A DNA stretch of 32,000 nucleotides from Serratia symbiotica str. 'Cinara cedri'. GTDB lineage: Bacteria; Pseudomonadota; Gammaproteobacteria; Enterobacterales; Enterobacteriaceae. A model generated the notes under the pieces. It saw only the letters and a list, made by a program, of their open reading frames with translations, was not told the DNA's origin and did no database searches. Positions 24,001 through 32,000 of the stretch are shown here, piece by piece; the first letter of the stretch is position 1, and every line of letters begins with the position of its first letter. Both the position numbers and the translations under genes were made by a program. The stretch lies in the NCBI GenBank assembly GCA_000238975.1, contig CP002295.1, positions 1,570,299-1,602,298 on the forward strand, read 5' to 3'.

Positions 24001-26285
24001 GATACATTAAACTGTTGGTTTGCTAAGCAAAAGAAAGATTGTTAGTTATAACTAGTAGTATATATTTTATTAAGACATTATACACTGCCTATTAAGCATA
24101 TACAAAATATCTAATTAAATAACTACAGCTAGATAATAATGCTCGACTAAACATAGATCTACATCTTTATATTATATATATAATTAAATTATTACGTACC
24201 CATAATATATCTACCTAAAGTATAAAATAAGAGAATAAAGCATAATTAGTAGTCAATATATTTTACATTAAATAAACATTATTAACAAACTATGCTTAGA
24301 CTAAACTAAGCCCTTAATCTTATTATGCTATTCAATAATTTTAAGTTATAAAAATGATAACCTGTTTGATGCTAAGACTCTCTAGATAAATTAATAAAAT
24401 CTATTTACATTTATTTAAATAAAGTTGTACTTTATACAGTAGATGCTAATACTATCTTATATGTAATAGCAGAAGTTTATAATATATAAAAATATAACAT
24501 ACATGTATATTTACCCAAAATATATATTTTTTGTATTGTGGAAACTTTCTAGCAAACCCATTTACATAGTATAAAAAGCAAGCTTAGTAAGACTTTTTTT
24601 AAATAAAACACTAAATCACGTAACTGAGTTTTTTACTTAATGCATAATATATTATACATATTTTTAATACGCATTTATTTTACATTAAAACGCAAATGTA
24701 ATATTGTTAATTGCAATTAAATAATAATAAAGCATCTAGATTTATATTTGCTTTTTCTATATATATTAAATAAATAAAACAAGACCATTATCGTAAATAA
24801 CTTTAATAACTTCTTAATACGATCCATGTCCTTTAACAATATCACAGCTGGACTATCAGTCCAGATATAACAGTTACTCATTAGTATATTAAATTATCTT
24901 AATAACCCATATCAGACATGCAAATATAGCTATTCAAAATTATGATTATACGCATGAGATTAACCATAACTTAGTAACTATCACTCTACTAGTTTTATAA
25001 TATACTATAATCAACATCCCCTTAAATAACTAATTAATTCGCACTTAATTATTTTAGAAGTAATAATAAAATAATTATAAAAGCATATAATATAGTAAGA
25101 AGAATTAGGATTAATAGCAAATAAAATTATTTACTTAAAAAACAATGGTATATACATCTAATATTATAGCTATAATACAGTCACTACTATATATATATCA
25201 TCAAATCACTATCTATACTCCTTTCATACACGTATCAGTAAGCTTATTATGATAATTGTTAGGAGACTAACGCTTAAAGTCTAGCAATATTAAATTTAGT
25301 TTATAAGTGCTATATTAGCACACAACTTACATACTAATACAGCACTTATGACATGATTAATTAATTTAGCTATGGATTAGCTCATTAAAAATTAATAACG
25401 CCAACAATTTATAGTACTATTATTTAAATGAACAGCTAAATATTGGTAAAGTACTAAGAAAGCAATATTAACTGGCTAGCTTATTTAGTATCACAAGAAC
25501 ATTATGTAATTTTATTCTTATAATAAATTTAATAATACACTAATTAGATTTATAATAAGTACGTAAGTAATTATTTCATATGCTTAGAACAAGAATAATA
25601 CGGGGATATTTTTTAACTTACTAATAGTAGTATAAATCAAAAACCATATCTTACATAATTATCTATATAACGTAAAGATATAATTATATATCTGTACGTT
25701 ATTAATTATAATAATTCACATATTTTGTATATAATAGGATTGTCCTAAAAATTTACTATATCAATTAATAATATTAATCATGTTAATCACTAATATTGAT
25801 AACTATCCATCTAAATAATTAATTAAAGAACATTTAGACAACTTTTAAAATCTATACTGATACGTGTATCATCTCTTAATAGTTCATTACTAATTTTATA
25901 TATTAAATACTCACTATTATCTTAATATGTTTTTAAGTATCTAACTAATATCTAAATATTTATAATATGATATAAAAATTATTTAATATTAATTTTTCTA
26001 CAAACTTAATAATAATTTAAAATAATTATAAATATTTTGACTATTATCCTGATAATATTTCATCATTATCCCTAAAATAGACTATATTTAAATTTTGAAC
26101 TTATAAAAAGTTTATACTCTTTTAAGATTCACTTAGATATTAAGAATAATAAAATACTCCAGATGTTTAATTAAGATTGCATTAATGATAATATTATATA
26201 TTCTATGTAAAAATTACTAAAAATACTATGGGACATAAATATAAAATGCATAAAAATAAAAAATATTTTTTAACGAGAGAGTAAC

Positions 26286-27272
26286 ATGAAGAGCGATATA
26301 TTCTCAAAATATCACGCTTCAAGATTCTCTGTAGCCCCAATGCTAAACTGGACTGATCGTCATTGCCGTTACTTTCATCGACTTTTAACTAAAGAAACTT
26401 TGCTATATACTGAAATGATCACTACAGGCGCTATTATCCATAGTAAAAAAGACTATCTAGCATACAATGAAGAAGAGCATCCAGTGTCATTACAATTAGG
26501 AGGAAGCGATCTAACAGCCTTGGCATTCTGTGCTAAACTAGCAGAACAGCGCGGATATGATGAAATAAACCTTAATGTTGGTTGCCCATCTAACCGAGTG
26601 CAGAATGGTATTTTTGGCGCTTGTCTCATGAAAAAAGCAACACTAGTCGCTGATAGTATTAAAGCAATGAATGATGCGGTATCAATACCGGTAACACTGA
26701 AGACACGTATAGGTATCGATGATCGAGATAGTTATGAATTTTTATGTGACTTTATCTATACTGTCTCGAATCAGGGGCAATGCTCTATGTTTACTCTTCA
26801 TGCGCGCAAAGCTTTATTATCTGGCCTAAACCCAAAACAAAATCGTGAAATACCACCATTAGACTATTTACGAGTATATAGATTAAAGCAAGACTTTCCA
26901 GCATTGAATATTATCATTAATGGCGGCATAAATACACTAGAAGAATCATCGCAGCACCTACAGCATTTAGATGGCGTAATGATGGGACGCGCAGCCTACC
27001 AGAATCCTAGTATTTTACTAGAGGTTGATAGTAGGCTTTTTGGAATGCATTCTGTAGTAAAGAAGAAGATATCAATAATTGAATCAATGTACCCATATAT
27101 TGAGCGTGAACTATCTCATGGTACTCATCTAAGCCATATTACCCGTCACATTCTTGGTTTTTTCCAAGGTGACCATGGATCACGACAGTGGCGACGTCAT
27201 CTCAGTGAAAACGCCTATAAACCAGGTGCTGGTATTCAAGTAATGGAACAAGCACTGAATTTAGTACGTTAA
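26286..27272 (+). CDS. dusA: tRNA-dihydrouridine(20/20a) synthase DusA
   Basis: 328-aa ORF with the DusA signatures [84 protein letters not shown]-like end. AGAGAG ribosome-binding-like sequence upstream. Confidence 0.97.
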   Translation: MKSDIFSKYHASRFSVAPMLNWTDRHCRYFHRLLTKETLLYTEMITTGAIIHSKKDYLAYNEEEHPVSLQLGGSDLTALAFCAKLAEQRGYDEINLNVGCPSNRVQNGIFGACLMKKATLVADSIKAMNDAVSIPVTLKTRIGIDDRDSYEFLCDFIYTVSNQGQCSMFTLHARKALLSGLNPKQNREIPPLDYLRVYRLKQDFPALNIIINGGINTLEESSQHLQHLDGVMMGRAAYQNPSILLEVDSRLFGMHSVVKKKISIIESMYPYIERELSHGTHLSHITRHILGFFQGDHGSRQWRRHLSENAYKPGAGIQVMEQALNLVR

Positions 27273-30200
27273 CCAAGCAACATAATAGTCTTACGTACTC
27301 AGATAATAATTAACTAGTAGATAACTGACACTAAAATAAGTAAAATAAGGTTCATCCATACAATGCTAACTCGTCACGCAAGAAAAAATCTTGCTTGATC
27401 TTCCTTATTGCTCTCTAATATAATTCTATTATGCTGTAAGTTATCTATACATTCATTCCCTAACTCGCCATATTTACTAAATAATTCAAATATTTAAACA
27501 CAAATAAATCTATTATTAAAATTTATTCTAATACTCTGCACTAACCCTTTCCCAATAAGTTCTTGATTCACTAACTTTAACATTACTATCTTGTTATCAC
27601 TTAAAATTTACCGCAAAGTAAAAGCATATTATGTTTTATAACATAATGTATTCTATCAACTTTTAAAAAACGTAGAGCACGATAAAATTTAATCTTAATA
27701 GTTAGTAAATAAAGTAGTAACACTATTAATCACGTGCACACATCTCTCTACTTATCATCCCCAGTCTTGATAAGAGACATTAGGAATTATAAATAAGTTA
27801 ATACACACAGGGCAATAGGATAATCTAAAAAAGTTCTGATAACTTAAGAAAAATACGCAAAATTACTACGTTAGTGTAAAACAGACCCAATATACCATAT
27901 TTTACTTAATCATTTATGGCAAGGAGCTGCAAGAGTTAACACTGCTCTATACAATACTGCTAATTCCTATGCCCCACCTAAAATTACAGTATTAAGCTAT
28001 ATAACAAGAAATCTTAATAAAAAGAATACTACCTTTTTAGTAAAATTATTTATACCAATATATTACTTGTAGCATAAAGCTCTTAAATAACACAGATATA
28101 TTATACTAAGTAGGTAGCACTTGTTTTTAGTTACTAAAACTTGTAAGATAGTTAAATAAAATTAAATACTGATAGCAATATATCGGTGGATGTTGGATTA
28201 AATGATGTTTAGCTAATGCAATCATATTATCGAGTTTATACTCTGATATGAAAAAAGATAAAAATTACAAAGATTCATATACATATTACAAAGTAGATAC
28301 TATCTAGTAGCATACTAAATATCAAATATTGACTATATAAATTGATCATTAATACTATGCATCATGATATCATAGTGTTTTGCATATTAATTAATATAGA
28401 AATTAATTAAGCATATTCATAACTTAATAATTAAAACAAAACCATAGTAAATATTACCTTTTAATAAAAAACTTATATTAATTAGACACCAAATATAAAT
28501 AACATACTGAATGTATATTCATGACTAACATACTGCTCATTTAAAATAGCAAATAACGCGAGTGATCTTTAAAGCAGAGATCATCTAAAAATACTTCTAA
28601 AAATTAGAATGAACATGTAACCACTAAATTTTAGGTTTACATATAATTACCTGTAAAACTAACTTCAGTTATCTAACTTTTATCTTTATTAGTAGGGATT
28701 ATCCTTACGATAAATATAATAATACTTAATGTTTGTAAAATATTATTATAAATTGTATCAAAAATATCTGATATTATATTAACCTAATCAGATCTACAGC
28801 ACAATGACCAATTTAACTAATATTCCTGCATATCTTCACTAAATATTTCAGTACAATAAATATTGTGATAATAAAATAAGATACTTGTACTAATGCTAAT
28901 AATTGAATTGCATTTACTATTCATAATATAATTAAAATATTTAATCATGTAACCTGAGTGATAAGTTACATGTCCTCACACTAATATTATTAGTAATTAT
29001 ATTATACTAAATATATCTATTTTAATTACAGTATCTATGCATGTTTATATTAATCTATGAATATTGATACTATAATAATAAAAACAACTAACTAAAACAA
29101 CTGCAATGATAGGAAATTTAGGGGGGATAATTACCGCTTATACAGACATAACCTGCACTATGATCCATCAATACTAAGTATTGATCCCAACGCACTATTA
29201 GTAATTAACAATATTTAACAAAATACGCTACAGTTCACCCACAATACGTAACTATATTTAATATTTTACTCTGAACACTTAACACCATAAGTAATTATGA
29301 GAAAATTACATATAATATATATCAATATATACAACTAAAAATAAATGGTCTCAAAAAATACTAGAACCTGCCATAATATTACTATTACATAGTACTTAAA
29401 AACATCACATCATCATGCAATAGATTTTTAAAAAAAGTATTATATTAATATATTATAAAATATTTATTAACTCTAATAATTATAACTTACATAATAAATA
29501 TATTTATCATTAATGAATTATGATGTTTTTAAAATTATTCAAAATAATTTTTTCGCTGGAAAAAGTGCGTTTATTAGATATAAATAATGAAAAACATATA
29601 AAAATTCACTTTGATATATTTTTAAATGAATATATAAATAAAAAACTACTATACTGCGTTCTACTTAGTATAGTAGCTATCTTAAAATTTTAATACCTCT
29701 TTAATTTACAGCAGCTACTTGTAAATAACTAGATTAAATAAACAATATCTCAATATTGTATAAATATTTTTCCTACCAACTAGAACATAGTAAATATACT
29801 GCATAATAAATTACTAATTACTTTAATCATAATTTATCGCTCTGCTTACAATAATAATATAAAATATTAACATAAGAATTAATAACAAAGATTTATAAGT
29901 AATAATTAATTTTATAAAACTAAAATACCTATTAATCAATACGAGATAAGTTCCTGCAATTTACTACTAACCAAACTATATGATACCTTTTAAGAACAAA
30001 CTCGCCATTTTTTATCAAAAATACTAAATACCATGGATTGATTTAATATTAATAGCTAATTTAAAAATAAAAATAGACTTTTAATCTTCCTAAGTTATTA
30101 CCGCCACACAATCTTACTAAGACTGATTTTATCATTTTAATAAAATACTGGGTTAATGCTATCAACCTAACAATATTTAGACGGATTGCATACCCCGTTT

Positions 30201-30457
30201 CATAATAGATTTTATTAAGTAATTGTAATGTTTTCCTAAGATATTTTACATTAATATGATTATTACTATGATAGTAATTTAATTACCTTAAAAACAATAT
30301 TCGTTAGACTATTCAAGTCTCTATTTTCAGTTAAGAGACTGATTATACCTAAAATATCATAATTACTACTCAGTGATAATGCAAGAATTACAAATAAAAA
30401 TCACGTATAATAACACATATAGACACTCTATTCGAAACTAGATAAAGAATACGCTTC

Positions 30458-31882
30458 ATGGCAGGAAAAAAGGCAACCCATAAAACAAACGCGGATGAAG
30501 CTCGAAATATTCCACGAGACCGTCAACTAGAAGGACTAAAAATACCGCCGCATTCGCTGGAGGCTGAGCAATCGGTATTGGGTAGTTTAATGCTTGATAA
30601 CAAACGCTGGGATAATATATCAGAGCGTGTGGTAGCTAATGATTTCTTTATCCGCCCACACCGCTTAATCTTTACCGAAATGCATCGCCTGCTAGAAATG
30701 AGAAAACCAATCGACTTAATTACTATTTCTGAGTCCTTAGAGCAAAGAGGAGAGCTGGATTTAGTGGGCGGTTTTGCCTACTTAGCTGAATTATCAAAAA
30801 ACACTCCAAGCGCTGCTAACATTAATGCCTATGCCGATATCGTACGCGCACGTGCAGTAGTACGCGAAATGATCTCAGCAGCCAATGAAATAGCTGAGGC
30901 TGGCTATGACCCGCAGGGACGTAGTAGCGAAGATTTACTTGATCTCGCAGAATCACGTGTGTTTCAGATTGCCGAAACTCGTGCAAATAAGAATGATGGC
31001 CCAAAGAATATTAGCCGTGTCCTAGAGGACACAGTATCACGTATTGAGCAACTCTACCAACAACCACACGACGGTATTACCGGTGTAGACACTGGTTATC
31101 AAGATCTAAATAAAAAAACTGCTGGTTTGCAGAAATCTGACCTAATTATTATTGCAGCCCGTCCATCAATGGGAAAAACTACCTTTGCAATGAACCTATG
31201 TGAACACGCCGCAATGACCCAAGAAAAACCAGTGCTCATCTTCAGTCTTGAAATGCCTAGCAACCAAATAATGATGCGTATGTTGGCATCACTATCCCGC
31301 GTAGATCAAGCACGTATTCGTACGGGCAGACTCAATGATGAAGACTGGGCGCGCATTTCTAGCACTATAGGTATCTTACTAGAGAAGCATAATATGTACA
31401 TCGACGACTCTTCTGGCTTGACGCCAACTGAAGTACGCTCACGGGCGCGACGTATTTTCCGCGAACACGATGGACTTAGCCTAATTATGATTGACTATCT
31501 GCAACTTATGCGTGTGCCTGCTTTATCTGATAACCGTACGCTAGAGATCGCTGAAATTTCCCGCTCACTTAAAGCATTAGCTAAAGAGCTTCAAGTTCCG
31601 GTGGTAGCGTTATCACAGCTAAACCGTTGCCTAGAACAACGTGCGGATAAACGTCCAGTAAACTCTGACTTACGTGAATCTGGTTCTATTGAGCAAGATG
31701 CTGATCTTATCATGTTCATTTACCGTGATGAAGTGTATCACGATAATAGTAATTTAAAAGGGATTGCTGAAATCATCCTAGGTAAGCAGCGTAATGGTCC
31801 AATTGGTACAGTATTACTGACCTTTAACGGTCAGTGGTCACGTTTTGATAACTATGCAAGGGCACAGTATGAAGATGAATGA
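30458..31882 (+). CDS. dnaB: Replicative DNA helicase DnaB
   Basis: 474-aa ORF: PPHSLEAEQSVLGSLMLDN, Walker A ARPSMGKTTFAMN, SLEMPSNQIMMRMLASLSRVD, IMIDYLQLMR, GPIGTVLLTFNGQWSRFDNYA. No intein or interruption. Confidence 0.99.
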   Translation: MAGKKATHKTNADEARNIPRDRQLEGLKIPPHSLEAEQSVLGSLMLDNKRWDNISERVVANDFFIRPHRLIFTEMHRLLEMRKPIDLITISESLEQRGELDLVGGFAYLAELSKNTPSAANINAYADIVRARAVVREMISAANEIAEAGYDPQGRSSEDLLDLAESRVFQIAETRANKNDGPKNISRVLEDTVSRIEQLYQQPHDGITGVDTGYQDLNKKTAGLQKSDLIIIAARPSMGKTTFAMNLCEHAAMTQEKPVLIFSLEMPSNQIMMRMLASLSRVDQARIRTGRLNDEDWARISSTIGILLEKHNMYIDDSSGLTPTEVRSRARRIFREHDGLSLIMIDYLQLMRVPALSDNRTLEIAEISRSLKALAKELQVPVVALSQLNRCLEQRADKRPVNSDLRESGSIEQDADLIMFIYRDEVYHDNSNLKGIAEIILGKQRNGPIGTVLLTFNGQWSRFDNYARAQYEDE

Positions 31883-32000
31883 TTAACTAATGATCTTAAA
31901 TAGAAAACATAACCTTAGCTATGCACTATAGAACTTTAAGATAAAATATTTATTACATACATTATCAAAAAATATAAAACCACTTAATTACACATCTACA

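Noticed and set aside
21100-26280. Possible hidden mobile element or novel system in the long AT-rich spacer
   Set aside because: No transposase, integrase, toxin/antitoxin or phage-like frames were recognised, and no terminal inverted repeats were seen by eye. It looks like decayed sequence.
30822-31004. Minus-strand 60-aa ORF inside dnaB
   Set aside because: Antisense to conserved dnaB coding sequence; shadow ORF.

Overview
This 32 kb window looks like an AT-rich chromosome segment of a gammaproteobacterial (Enterobacterales-like) host-restricted symbiont in an advanced but unfinished state of genome decay. Only five intact protein genes are supported: rmuC, rho, trxA, dusA and dnaB. There is also one minus-strand tRNA cluster, Arg(CCG)-His(GTG)-Leu(CAG)-Pro(TGG). 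Together these cover about 18% of the window. The main result of a manual minus-strand read is that the apparently empty 11-19 kb block is a fossil of the enterobacterial common antigen (ECA) operon. Remnants of wecA, wzzE, wecB, wecC, rffG and rffH, and probably wecD, lie in ancestral order between rho and the tRNA cluster. They are riddled with stops and frameshifts but still readable by comparison with recalled E. coli protein sequences. Secondary observations are loss of the encoded 3' CCA in three of four tRNAs, small tandem duplications inside pseudogenes, a strong rho-independent terminator after rho, a possible rhoL/rho leader relic, and junctions that bring distant E. coli loci together. 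I found no evidence for a novel defence, mobile or CRISPR-like system. All homology statements come from recalled family sequences, not database searches.
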